Part shown: in pieces, positions 47,610 through 57,266 of the stretch
How positions within the stretch are numbered: position 1 is the first letter of the stretch
Layout of the letters: the number at the start of each line of letters is the position of its first letter
Virus record (IMG/VR): IMGVR_UViG_3300022660_000043
Reading direction: 5' to 3' (one strand)
Source: a virus
Lineage: Duplodnaviria > Caudoviricetes
DNA: 64,000 bases
Made by a program: the position numbers and the translations under genes
Notes under the pieces: model-generated
The model's input: only the letters and a program-made list of their open reading frames with translations
Told to the model about the DNA's origin: nothing
Databases searched by the model: none

Positions 47610-48875
47610 TTACCACTCCTGAGTAAGTAAGGCATTCATATTAAGAGTAATTTTACCAGCTGCATTTGTAGTAAAGTAAGTAGAATCAAAGCTATCAATA
47701 CTTAAGCTACCCCCAGTTGCATCACCTTCAACAAGAACTCTCTTACCATTAACTTTGATGCTTTGTGCACTTAAGCTAGCAAATTCAATATCACCATCAA
47801 AGCTTAGGTCTCCAGTGATAGCAACATTACCATCAATATTAACATCACCAGTGTAGTTACTAAGATCTACATTTGAGCTATGTGAATCAAAGTAAGCCTT
47901 ATTAACAACATCAGTATCCTCTTCTGGTTCAGCTGCCACTTTGAGGTAATCTACTTCTATGGTAGTTCCCTTAAGATAACCGAACCCAAGAGCTCCATCA
48001 ATATTTAGATCTCCTGATATATTAAGGCTGTGATCACCTACGATATTAACATCTTGATTTACATTGCTAAGATCTAAATTGGTTGCACTGGCTGCACCAA
48101 CAAGTTTGCCGTTTTCTACTTTAATAGTATTATTATCTACGGGGATAAACTTAGCATCTAATTGAATAACTGTGCCATCATTTTTAGTATAATGGGTTCT
48201 ATTTTTAATATATGCAGCACTCGAAGTATTATTTTCATTCCAATCAGCTTGTACTTGCTCAATAGTGACATTACCAGTCTGACCATTTACAGAAGTAACA
48301 GCATCGGTATTGTCTACTTTTGCCCACTTACCTCCACTAGCAAGCAGCCAGTCACCAGTTGCAAAATTAATTTCTGCAAAAGTACAATCTGCGCTGACAA
48401 TAAAATAAAAACCTTCTACATTGATGTCTATATAGCCGTTAAGACTGTAATCTTCATACCAGCGCAGGTAAGCGTTACCATTTTCATATGCCAGTTCTGG
48501 ATCAGAGCCTGCAAATGAGCTAGTAGAAAACTCCAAATTTGGGTATTGAGCACGAAATTCTTGTGCTATAAAATCTTTTAGAATTGCACTAGTCTGAGTT
48601 ATAACACCACTACTAAAAATACCGCCAAACTTAACCTGACCTAATGCTGAATCACTTAAATAAGTCATATTAATTTTGCCGTCTTCATTTATAAGCTCAT
48701 TTGAACCATCCGGTTTTTTTTCTAGCTTTAGATCAAGGGCTTTAGCAATTCCATCACTAGTAACAACATTTTGAGAGTCATGGGTAGGAGTTGCGTCTTT
48801 TAGTTCAGATGCAACATCGATTGAATAATCGCCATTTAAATTTATGCGCGAAATTTTTCTATTAGTATCTGCCAT
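47610..48875 (-). CDS. Tail/head fibre-like protein
   Basis: GDWLL..WAKVDNTDAVTSVNGQTGNV, QADWNEN..YIKNRTHY, C-terminal LLTQEW. Confidence 0.65.
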   Translation of the reverse strand: MADTNRKISRINLNGDYSIDVASELKDATPTHDSQNVVTSDGIAKALDLKLEKKPDGSNELINEDGKINMTYLSDSALGQVKFGGIFSSGVITQTSAILKDFIAQEFRAQYPNLEFSTSSFAGSDPELAYENGNAYLRWYEDYSLNGYIDINVEGFYFIVSADCTFAEINFATGDWLLASGGKWAKVDNTDAVTSVNGQTGNVTIEQVQADWNENNTSSAAYIKNRTHYTKNDGTVIQLDAKFIPVDNNTIKVENGKLVGAASATNLDLSNVNQDVNIVGDHSLNISGDLNIDGALGFGYLKGTTIEVDYLKVAAEPEEDTDVVNKAYFDSHSSNVDLSNYTGDVNIDGNVAITGDLSFDGDIEFASLSAQSIKVNGKRVLVEGDATGGSLSIDSFDSTYFTTNAAGKITLNMNALLTQEW

Positions 48876-48911
48876 TTTATATTAATTTCTCCTTTAATAA
48901 TATGACTATTT

Positions 48912-49865
48912 TTATAAATACTTAGCTAAAGAAGCCAAGTCTATTTTTAAGGTGCCATCAGTAGAGCTAGATTCTATAGTTATAAGCTTTTCTGAAGCTT
49001 CTTTTAGACTATCTAAAATGTTTAAAATTGAAGAAACTTCAAAGCTGTTACCTGTCGTAGTATCAGTCAGAATCCAGCCTGAGCCGGTAGTACCCACAGA
49101 AATACTAGTAATAACAGTTCCTAAAGAAAGTTCCGTATTTAACTGTTTACCTTCAGCTGAAGTACTCAAATAATTTAGAGAATCAAATATTTGAAAAGTC
49201 CCGTATAGTTGTCCTACAGCTGCTAATTCTTGAATACTTATTGGAGTACCTTTTTCAAGTCTAAATTCAGCAAAAGAAGTGCGGTCTGTAAATTGCCTTG
49301 CAGCTACAAAATAATAAATAGTATCAGTTTTATTACTTATAGTTTCCGTAGTTATTTCAAACACTTCAGAGCTTTGTTGAGAGCTCATGTTAATTTCAGC
49401 TTTAGCGATATCATAGCTACCATTAAAAGATAGTAATTTATCCCCATCCTGCCAGTATACCTTGTGATCTGCACCTATAACTGGTAAAAAGCTTGAACCA
49501 CCTATAATAGAAGCAGCTTTATTATTTAACTCTTGATAAGTTTCCGCGAGATCAGTTTGAATTGAAGTAACATTTTCTACTACATAGGATCTGAATGCAA
49601 GCTGCTCTGTAACACCTGTTCCAGGCTGAGTCACAAAAGGTGTTGCAGTAGTTTCATTTAATACTGAAAATATGTGTCCAGGATAGGCAGTAGCCTTCTG
49701 GGCAGCTTCACTTGCGGCAGTTTCTATATTCTCATTATTTTCGATAAAAATTACGGAAGACTGATCTAGTGGCAGAGGATTTGTTCTATGAATTGTAGTT
49801 CCAACATCCCAAGGTGTAGCATTATTGATGGCTTTTTTTAGAATATCTTTTTCAAGTTTTGCCAT
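48912..49865 (-). CDS. Structural protein (R.NPLPLD..AYPG motif)
   Basis: N-terminal motif also in 57267..60308 and 61552..62127. Confidence 0.5.
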   Translation of the reverse strand: MAKLEKDILKKAINNATPWDVGTTIHRTNPLPLDQSSVIFIENNENIETAASEAAQKATAYPGHIFSVLNETTATPFVTQPGTGVTEQLAFRSYVVENVTSIQTDLAETYQELNNKAASIIGGSSFLPVIGADHKVYWQDGDKLLSFNGSYDIAKAEINMSSQQSSEVFEITTETISNKTDTIYYFVAARQFTDRTSFAEFRLEKGTPISIQELAAVGQLYGTFQIFDSLNYLSTSAEGKQLNTELSLGTVITSISVGTTGSGWILTDTTTGNSFEVSSILNILDSLKEASEKLITIESSSTDGTLKIDLASLAKYL

Positions 49866-51472
49866 TATTTAGTCACCTCCACCTTATATTTATTTGTTCC
49901 TGAATCTGCATCTGCATTATTTATATAAAACAGATCATACTCACGTAATTTTTTACCGGCATCCTCAACCATAATAGCTTCAGGTCCGCTCATGGTACCT
50001 GCACTTGCAGTAGTAGTTGCATTGATTAGGGCAATTTCTTTGACTTTACCTTTAGGAGCTAAGAAATAGATTTGCTGAAGCTTGGTTGTTGTTAGCTCAG
50101 GTACAAATTCGTTAAGTTTGTATTCTGTAAGTACCTCAGAAAGCTCTCTATCAAAGTTACCGTTATTATAAACAGTATTATACGTTAAAGTTTTATCTGG
50201 TTTGTTATATACTATAAAATACCTATATTGGCTAGTTATTGTGCTAGATCCTGATATCGGTATTGTTCCTTCGGTATTGCGTTGTACTACAACATCTTCT
50301 TTACCTAACATAGTGCCAGGAATATATCTAGGATTTTCATACTGAGGATCGGCTTTATAATCAATAGTACCCTTTACTGCAAAAGTATATTCTTTAGCTT
50401 CATCTAGCTTAATTTCTGACGTGCTATATTCTGGTTTTTCATCACCATTAAAAGTAGCGTTTGCTGAGGCTGCCCCTGTAAATAGGAATTTATACTCCGT
50501 TGCTTCTAAGTTAGACTTTAGATCTGTAACTGCATTAGAATTGTGTGTGTCTAGCATTGGATAATCATAGTTACCTTTATCAAAAGTTAAACTTGCGATA
50601 CAGCGAACAGAAGTTCCAATTTCTACTGTTTTTGGCTTATCTAATGAAACTTTAAGTGTTGCACTAGGAGCAAGAGGTTTTGAGTTATGAACATCAGTAC
50701 AGTACGCGTCTTGAAGCACTTCTTGAATATTTTTTCCTTTTGCCGGAACAATAACTGGCGTACCATTTATAACCTTGTACTTGCCAAAAGTTTCTGTTAC
50801 AATAAAGTCTTGACTGTAAATTGAATCAGCTTTTAACTTACCTTTGTCGTCTATTGTAATTGTTTCATAATCAATTGGAATATACTTAGGGTCAAGTAGC
50901 TGGGTAAGTTCATAAGTAGTACTATCATTGCACACACTTATCGAAACTCTAAAGAATGAAGTTCTTCTTTCAGTTGTATTTATTGCTTCGCCAGTAACTG
51001 AAAATGCTTTTTTGTCAATATGATATACAAATTTCCATGAAGGCTTATTTGGTTCATTTTCGCCTGGATAAATTGTAATTTCATTAAGATCAGGATCAGT
51101 TGGCGCAAGATTAAAGTTTTCTATTATAATACTTTCAGCATTTTTGGCATCTTGAATTTGAAAATTATACTTTTTACCAACTGCCAGCCAAGATACTGGA
51201 GGAATCCAGTAGTCTGTAAAATTACACTGATATTTATTACTACTACCTGCTAGTAGTAAATAACCATTTGCAAATTCATGAGCAGTGTTATAATCAGTTG
51301 CACCGTTTTTATATAAATCAGAACCTTTAGCTTCATAAACATAATGTGTTCGATTTTTAATAAAATTTATATCAGTCTCATCATTTTGAGCCCAATCTTT
51401 TTTGACATCAATGTCATATACTTTGCCACCAAGACGTATTTGCTCAATTTTTGGATTTTGTTCTAGATGCAT
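49865..51472 (-). CDS. Fibre-associated structural protein
   Basis: DWAQND..IKNRTHY; C-terminal half paralogous to 60326..61480. Confidence 0.55.
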   Translation of the reverse strand: MHLEQNPKIEQIRLGGKVYDIDVKKDWAQNDETDINFIKNRTHYVYEAKGSDLYKNGATDYNTAHEFANGYLLLAGSSNKYQCNFTDYWIPPVSWLAVGKKYNFQIQDAKNAESIIIENFNLAPTDPDLNEITIYPGENEPNKPSWKFVYHIDKKAFSVTGEAINTTERRTSFFRVSISVCNDSTTYELTQLLDPKYIPIDYETITIDDKGKLKADSIYSQDFIVTETFGKYKVINGTPVIVPAKGKNIQEVLQDAYCTDVHNSKPLAPSATLKVSLDKPKTVEIGTSVRCIASLTFDKGNYDYPMLDTHNSNAVTDLKSNLEATEYKFLFTGAASANATFNGDEKPEYSTSEIKLDEAKEYTFAVKGTIDYKADPQYENPRYIPGTMLGKEDVVVQRNTEGTIPISGSSTITSQYRYFIVYNKPDKTLTYNTVYNNGNFDRELSEVLTEYKLNEFVPELTTTKLQQIYFLAPKGKVKEIALINATTTASAGTMSGPEAIMVEDAGKKLREYDLFYINNADADSGTNKYKVEVTK

Positions 51473-51486
51473 GACAATCTCCTTTC

Positions 51487-51726
51487 TTAATCTATTATAA
51501 GAATGCCTTTATCAGATTCCTCTAAGTAATTCACAGAAATACTAGGTTCAAAAGGCAAGTTATTTACTGTTGTTACTCCATCACCGATTTTAATGCGAGG
51601 CGGCTCAATATACTTACCGTCTACTTTAACACCGTCATAAATAATAATCTGATTTTTACGAGGTATAAAATTCTTAGCCTTTTCCCAATCCTGAGCAGCT
51701 TCAATTTTAGGCTGTTCCTTTTTCAT
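51487..51726 (-). CDS. Stand-alone Mtd-N-like domain protein
   Basis: W.KA.NFIP..IIIYD..KIGDGVTTVNNLPF. Confidence 0.65.
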   Translation of the reverse strand: MKKEQPKIEAAQDWEKAKNFIPRKNQIIIYDGVKVDGKYIEPPRIKIGDGVTTVNNLPFEPSISVNYLEESDKGILIID

Positions 51727-51893
51727 AATTTCTCCTTAAAATAAAAATTAGGATTAGCTTTATCTAAAAACTAACCCATCTACCCCAAAGCATAACTATA
51801 GATTTAATTCTCTATTATCGCTTTCAAATAGACCGAATTAGTTTTATTAGATCATCTTTTCAGATCCTTACTACTTAATTTAGCAAATAAATA

Positions 51894-51923
51894 AAAGATG
51901 GGGATTGTAAAATCCCCATCTTT
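51894..51923. terminator. Intrinsic terminator
   Basis: aaagatggggat/atccccatcttt. Confidence 0.7.
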
Positions 51924-51934
51924 GTATATTTTTC

Positions 51935-54109
51935 TTACGCGGTAGTAAGAGTATGAGTATGTGCAGGGCAAGTATGCTCGTCTGTAGTACCAGCAAAAGT
52001 TTTTTCTGTGTTCTTTGTACGAGTAACATCAGCAACAACTGCAACATCACCAGTAGTAGCATTAGCAACAATAGTAGCGTCAGTCATTACATCTTCTGTT
52101 ACAACAGTACCAAGACCAGTCATAACCTCATCACCGTCACCACCAACACTTATACCACCAGTAGCAACTGTAGTTGCAGAAGCTGCCTTAGGTACAGTAA
52201 CGTTCGAGAAGGTATAAGGAGTAATAGTACCATTCGCAACTGCAGGAATAATAGTCTGATCACTAGGCGCTGCCTTTGCAGGAAGAATATTAACCTGATC
52301 TGCAGTAACACCATAAATACTTGTATTAGAAGCAACAGCTCCATATATTGTGGATGTAGCTGCAACAGCAGGAGTAAGAGTCTGTGTGCTAGGAGCTGCA
52401 ACAGCAGGAGCAATGCTCTTAGTTCTACCAGAATCAACAGCGGGAGTAATTGTCTGAGTAGAAGGAGCCGCAACAGCAGGAGTAATATCCACAGAACCGC
52501 TTACGCCATAGATCTTAGTTGAGCTATCAGAAACTGCCTTAGCAGGAGTAAGAGTCTTGGTAGAAACAACAGCTGGTGTAAGTGTCTGAGTGGAAGGAGC
52601 TGCCTTGGCTGAAGTAACAGTAGTAGTGCCACCTACACCATAAATCTTAGTTTCAGAAGCAACTGCTCCATAGATAGAAGTTGTAGACTCAGAAGCAGGG
52701 GTAATACTAGTATTACCTGTTGTAACAATACGAGGTGTAAGCACAAGAGTTTCTGCAGTTTCATCAACAGCTGCATGGAACAAGTCAGTCTCTACAGATG
52801 ATCCTGAAGTTCTTGCAGTATTTGAAAAACTATTAAGTACACTAACAGCGTCACCTACATTTGCGTTACCAACGGTAGTAGCAGAAGATGCAATGTTAGC
52901 ATTACCTACAGTAGTCTGAGTTGCAGCTCTAGTAGCTACTGTTTTTGAATCACCAACATCGGCTTTACCATAAACTACAGCAGTACCAACATCAGCAGTA
53001 CCATAAGTAACTTCATCACCAACATCCGCATTACCAACTTTAGTTTGTGCAGTAGCTTGTTTTGCAACGGAAACTGCTGTGCCTACGTTTGCTTTACCAT
53101 AAACAACAGCTGTGCCAACGTCTGCTTTACCATCTTGAACAGTAATAGCAGTACCTACGTTAGCTTTACCATATACAACCGGATCTGCTACATCAGCATT
53201 ACCAATAATAGTGGCATCGGAAGCAATGTTAGCATTACCTACAGTAGTTGCAGCTGCGGCTCTCTTTGCTAACCCAGTAACTTCAGTACCTACATCAGCT
53301 GTACCATATCTAACAGGAGAACCAGCTTTTGCAACATCTTTAGCAGTTTGAGCAGTAGCTTTTGAAGCTGTAGTCGAGCCGCTTACACCAGTAATTTGTG
53401 TAGTATCTAAATTACCAAAAGTACCAGGAATAGTTTTAAGAACTTTAGCTGTAGTAGGAGTAACCGAAAGTTTTGTATCTGTATGATTAACTTCTGTTAC
53501 ATAGGTATTTGCAGGAATAGTAGTGGAAGTACTATGATCATGAATAGATCCTCCACCAGACATAACAGTAATTTCTTTATTAGATCTTACATGACCACAC
53601 TCATCAATATCAATAGACTTAATAACATTAGTCTCTTGTGCTGTACCAAATCCACTATGGCTAATGGTGATATCTCCGGAAAGATCCCCACCGCCGCTCA
53701 AGTGGTGGCCAGCGTTTACTTTAATACTCTTCAGTGCATAGCTATCAGCATCACCTAAAAGCTCCCATGCAGTTCCAGTATAAATATATTCTTCATAATG
53801 GGTCTCACCCGTACGTTTATAAAGACAAACGTCTCCAGCATGATAACTGCCACTATGGCCTGCACAGGTAGCACCAGTAGCGCTTAAAGGATCTGTTGTA
53901 GATACGCCAACAAAATGTAATGCAGTATCAAGACCTAAATCAGCAGCAGTAAGTGGGCTCTTAGAAGTAATATGACCATGTTCATCGAAAGCAATCTTAT
54001 ACGCGCCTTCTTCAGTAATTTCCATCTGCGGATGTGGTACAACCGCATGCATGTCGACTAGTTTTTCTAAGCCGGCATAGTCTAAGTATTTCTTATTATT
54101 CTGTCCCAT
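51935..54109 (-). CDS. Needle-like fibre protein with mirrored repeats and HxH motifs
   Basis: G.A.VG repeats followed by TP/YG repeats; IHDH and HTH motifs. Confidence 0.65.
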   Translation of the reverse strand: MGQNNKKYLDYAGLEKLVDMHAVVPHPQMEITEEGAYKIAFDEHGHITSKSPLTAADLGLDTALHFVGVSTTDPLSATGATCAGHSGSYHAGDVCLYKRTGETHYEEYIYTGTAWELLGDADSYALKSIKVNAGHHLSGGGDLSGDITISHSGFGTAQETNVIKSIDIDECGHVRSNKEITVMSGGGSIHDHSTSTTIPANTYVTEVNHTDTKLSVTPTTAKVLKTIPGTFGNLDTTQITGVSGSTTASKATAQTAKDVAKAGSPVRYGTADVGTEVTGLAKRAAAATTVGNANIASDATIIGNADVADPVVYGKANVGTAITVQDGKADVGTAVVYGKANVGTAVSVAKQATAQTKVGNADVGDEVTYGTADVGTAVVYGKADVGDSKTVATRAATQTTVGNANIASSATTVGNANVGDAVSVLNSFSNTARTSGSSVETDLFHAAVDETAETLVLTPRIVTTGNTSITPASESTTSIYGAVASETKIYGVGGTTTVTSAKAAPSTQTLTPAVVSTKTLTPAKAVSDSSTKIYGVSGSVDITPAVAAPSTQTITPAVDSGRTKSIAPAVAAPSTQTLTPAVAATSTIYGAVASNTSIYGVTADQVNILPAKAAPSDQTIIPAVANGTITPYTFSNVTVPKAASATTVATGGISVGGDGDEVMTGLGTVVTEDVMTDATIVANATTGDVAVVADVTRTKNTEKTFAGTTDEHTCPAHTHTLTTA

Positions 54110-54306
54110 TAGCTATTAGTCTCCTCTAATTGTGAAGTATGCTCATCCTCATGTGGATCCGTGTTATCTGGATTTGGATCAGCTTTGTAATTTGTCTGAA
54201 TCAAAGCAATAATTTCAGCTTCGGTGATTCGAGTATCAGCTGCCTCAGCATCTTTAATCTGATAGGTCTTATTACCAAGCTTAATATTTTTAATTAAATC
54301 TGCCAT
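54109..54306 (-). CDS. Small structural hypothetical protein
   Basis: IKNIKLGNKTYQIKD, like fibre N-termini. Confidence 0.5.
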   Translation of the reverse strand: MADLIKNIKLGNKTYQIKDAEAADTRITEAEIIALIQTNYKADPNPDNTDPHEDEHTSQLEETNS

Positions 54307-54356
54307 ATAATTACCTTTCTTGTAAATTTTTATTACAATTAATTTAGCTTATTTTA

Positions 54357-54980
54357 TCAATTATAAGCTGCACACACAGCACAGTCATTACCAGAGCATA
54401 CCAAGACTACACGTAATACACTTGGATCTACTAGGTCAGCTGTAGTGCAAGGTACAGAAACTGGATCTTCTGGATTAATTGCTTCCACTTTCTTATATAC
54501 ATAGTCACCATTATGATATGGAGATACAAATTTTACAAAAGGTTTACCTGTAGCCTTGTCCCATTCAGTAACAGTTTTGGTAAAATAAGCAGGATAACTT
54601 TCAATTAACATGCCCCAGGTTGTCAATTCGGGTTTATATACAATTTCTACCACGCTTAGTATATCAGATTCTGATTCAATTAAGTGCATCTTAAAAGATC
54701 TTGTCATTATATAAGAAGTGGTAAATAGAGCACTAAGTTCATCATCACTTATAGTATCTGGCTGATTTGCAAACGGAAGATTCATAATAAGCATATCAGC
54801 TGTTTTCTCGCTTTTACCATCCCATATACCAGTTTTATATCTAGGATATGGATGAGTAGCATCAGGGTCATATACAATAGTTTCTCCGGCTAGCGGAGCA
54901 AAATTAGTCGCTTTATTCCAATTCTCTTCAGTATCATGCTTATTTTTAAAGCGACCATTAATAATTACGGTATTTTCCAT
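54357..54980 (-). CDS. Mtd-N-like domain protein
   Basis: KHDTEENWNKATNFAPLAGETIVYD..LPF. Confidence 0.6.
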   Translation of the reverse strand: MENTVIINGRFKNKHDTEENWNKATNFAPLAGETIVYDPDATHPYPRYKTGIWDGKSEKTADMLIMNLPFANQPDTISDDELSALFTTSYIMTRSFKMHLIESESDILSVVEIVYKPELTTWGMLIESYPAYFTKTVTEWDKATGKPFVKFVSPYHNGDYVYKKVEAINPEDPVSVPCTTADLVDPSVLRVVLVCSGNDCAVCAAYN

Positions 54981-55078
54981 ATATAAATACTTATCTCCTT
55001 TATTATCATTTTCAAATAAACTGAGTAAGTTAAATTTTTCCTTTTCAGACCTATATCAATTTCAAAAGGTCATAAAAT

Positions 55079-55115
55079 CGGGAGGCTAAGCTGTAAGTCT
55101 TAGCCATAGCCTCCC
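55079..55115. terminator. Hairpin / terminator
   Basis: gggaggcta/tagcctccc. Confidence 0.55.
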
Positions 55116-55132
55116 AAAAATCTTACTTATTC

Positions 55133-57163
55133 TTATTCTACAGTAGTCTTAGAGGTGCCACCATCAAAAATAAAGGTCATACCTTCAAGGATGGAAGCAA
55201 GACTCTTCATCGTACCACCAGTAACGTGACCATTAGTAGTAGCAATGGAGTCAAAGAAGTAAATATCACCAGTCTTATCAGAAGACTCAGGAACCTTAGT
55301 ATAGGTACCGGTTGCATAAGTCTTATGAGCAACAGTAGTCTCACCAGTAGAGGTATTAGGAGTTACGATAATATCGTCATTCTCAGTACCAGCCTTTACC
55401 TTAGCAGCTGCAGCCTTAAGTTGAGCATCAGTATAAGCCTGAGCAGAAGTTAAAGTTGCAGTATCAGCTGCAGCAAAAGCTTTTCTAACACCCTTAATGG
55501 TATCAGTCTCTGCAGCGTCATTAGCAGTACCAACTACAGCAGCAATAGCCTCAGCCTTAGCAGTATTTGCTTTAGAAGTTGCATCTGCAGCTGCAGTAGC
55601 CTCAGCTGCGGACTGAGCAGCATTAGCCTTTGCAGTAGCGTCGGCGGATGCAGTAGACTCAGCGGCAGATTGAGCAGCAGCTGCTACCTTATCTGCGTAA
55701 TCCTTAGCTCCACGAATTGTTTCGGCTGTAGTATCACCATCGGCTTTAGTTCCCTTAAGAGCGGTAGCAAGTGCAGTGTCCTGAGTATCTGCATAGCTCT
55801 TAGCATTAGTCTCAGCAGTAGCAGCAGCACCCTTAGCATCATATGCTCCATTTGCGCGTAATACTTCAGCATCAATAGCAGCTTTTACATCATCATCAAT
55901 TTCCTTAGAAATTTCAGTATGAAGAGCTGTGTCTAGCTCACCTGCCTTAGTAATAGCCTCAGACTTAGCTGTTGCAATAGCTGAAGTAATAGCAGTCTGC
56001 TTAGCTGCATTATCTGCCTCATGACCTTGTTTCCAAGTATCAAAATCATCAGCATCAAGCTTAGCAGTACCAAGAGCAAGAATATCAGCTTGAGCTTGAT
56101 CAATATCACCTTCAGCTGCATCCATACGCTCTTTAAGAGCAGCAACAGCCGAGTCAGTAGCAGAAGTAGAACCAAATTCTACCCATTTCTTACCAGTCTC
56201 ACGGGAATCATCATATACAAATTCTTTACCTGCGTTGTCGCCAGTAGTAATAACAATTACATCACCACTCTGGTTAGCACCTTCTGCAGGAAGTGCATCA
56301 GCAGCGCCGACAAAGTCCATAACATTGCTAACATTGTTAAGTTTAGCCTCAACGGTATCTAAGCGGCCGTCAAGAGCATTATCTGCCGCAATACGAAGCT
56401 CTGCCTCAGCAGCAACCTTATCCTCTGCATGCTTCTTAGCATCAGCAAGAGTAGTAGCATCACCAGAAGTAATCTTACCCTCTAGCTCAGTCTTAGCACT
56501 AGAAAGGGCCTCAGCAGCAGCGGTAGCTATAGCAACGTCCTTAGCCTCTGCCTCTGCAATAGCAGCAGACTGAGCATCAGATGACTTAGTCTCTGCATGA
56601 GACTTAGCAGCCGCTTCCGCAGCAGCAATCTTTTTAGCTACAGTATTGTCACTAGTATCAAAGCCATCACCAAGAGTATCAGTAATAGTCTTATCAGCAG
56701 CCTCACGAGCTTCTTTTTCTGTATTAACTGCTGCACCAATTTCTGCAGTAATTTCAGTTGCAGTCTTAGCATGGCCTACAAGGTGAGCTTCATAAGTAGT
56801 AGTAGCAAGTTTAGAATCAACAGCTGTCTGAAGAGCAGCATCAGCCTGTGTACGAGCAGTTACCTCAGCAGCTAGCTCACCATCTAACCCATTAATAGCT
56901 CCCTCAAGAGCAGTCTTAATATTATCTACTTCGGTCTTAGTATAATAATTTTTAAAATCTTCTGATGCAGTGGCATCAATCATTGCCTGGATCTGAGAAG
57001 CATTTGCAATAGGAAGAGTACCCCAAGGAGTAGTACCATCACCAACTTTAAATACTTTATCTACAGTATGATAGCCGGGCTCGCCTTCTTTGAGAACACA
57101 AGAGTCATCAAAATCAGCTCTGCGGAGAAGAAGTGTCATATTTAATTTGGTCTCATTCGCCAT
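55133..57163 (-). CDS. Coiled-coil fibre protein with Mtd-N-like N-terminus
   Basis: KVGDGTTPWGTLP, Ala-rich heptads (AKSYAD), C-terminal IFDGG. Confidence 0.7.
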   Translation of the reverse strand: MANETKLNMTLLLRRADFDDSCVLKEGEPGYHTVDKVFKVGDGTTPWGTLPIANASQIQAMIDATASEDFKNYYTKTEVDNIKTALEGAINGLDGELAAEVTARTQADAALQTAVDSKLATTTYEAHLVGHAKTATEITAEIGAAVNTEKEAREAADKTITDTLGDGFDTSDNTVAKKIAAAEAAAKSHAETKSSDAQSAAIAEAEAKDVAIATAAAEALSSAKTELEGKITSGDATTLADAKKHAEDKVAAEAELRIAADNALDGRLDTVEAKLNNVSNVMDFVGAADALPAEGANQSGDVIVITTGDNAGKEFVYDDSRETGKKWVEFGSTSATDSAVAALKERMDAAEGDIDQAQADILALGTAKLDADDFDTWKQGHEADNAAKQTAITSAIATAKSEAITKAGELDTALHTEISKEIDDDVKAAIDAEVLRANGAYDAKGAAATAETNAKSYADTQDTALATALKGTKADGDTTAETIRGAKDYADKVAAAAQSAAESTASADATAKANAAQSAAEATAAADATSKANTAKAEAIAAVVGTANDAAETDTIKGVRKAFAAADTATLTSAQAYTDAQLKAAAAKVKAGTENDDIIVTPNTSTGETTVAHKTYATGTYTKVPESSDKTGDIYFFDSIATTNGHVTGGTMKSLASILEGMTFIFDGGTSKTTVE

Positions 57164-57219
57164 AATAATATCTCCTATAAATTAAATTTTAATAATTATG
57201 CCTATATTTTATTATACAA

Positions 57220-57254
57220 TAGAGGCTGGTTTTATTTAATTTTACCAGCCTCTA
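57220..57254. terminator. Hairpin / terminator
   Basis: tagaggctggt/accagcctcta. Confidence 0.55.
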
Positions 57255-57266
57255 CCATTTTAATCA

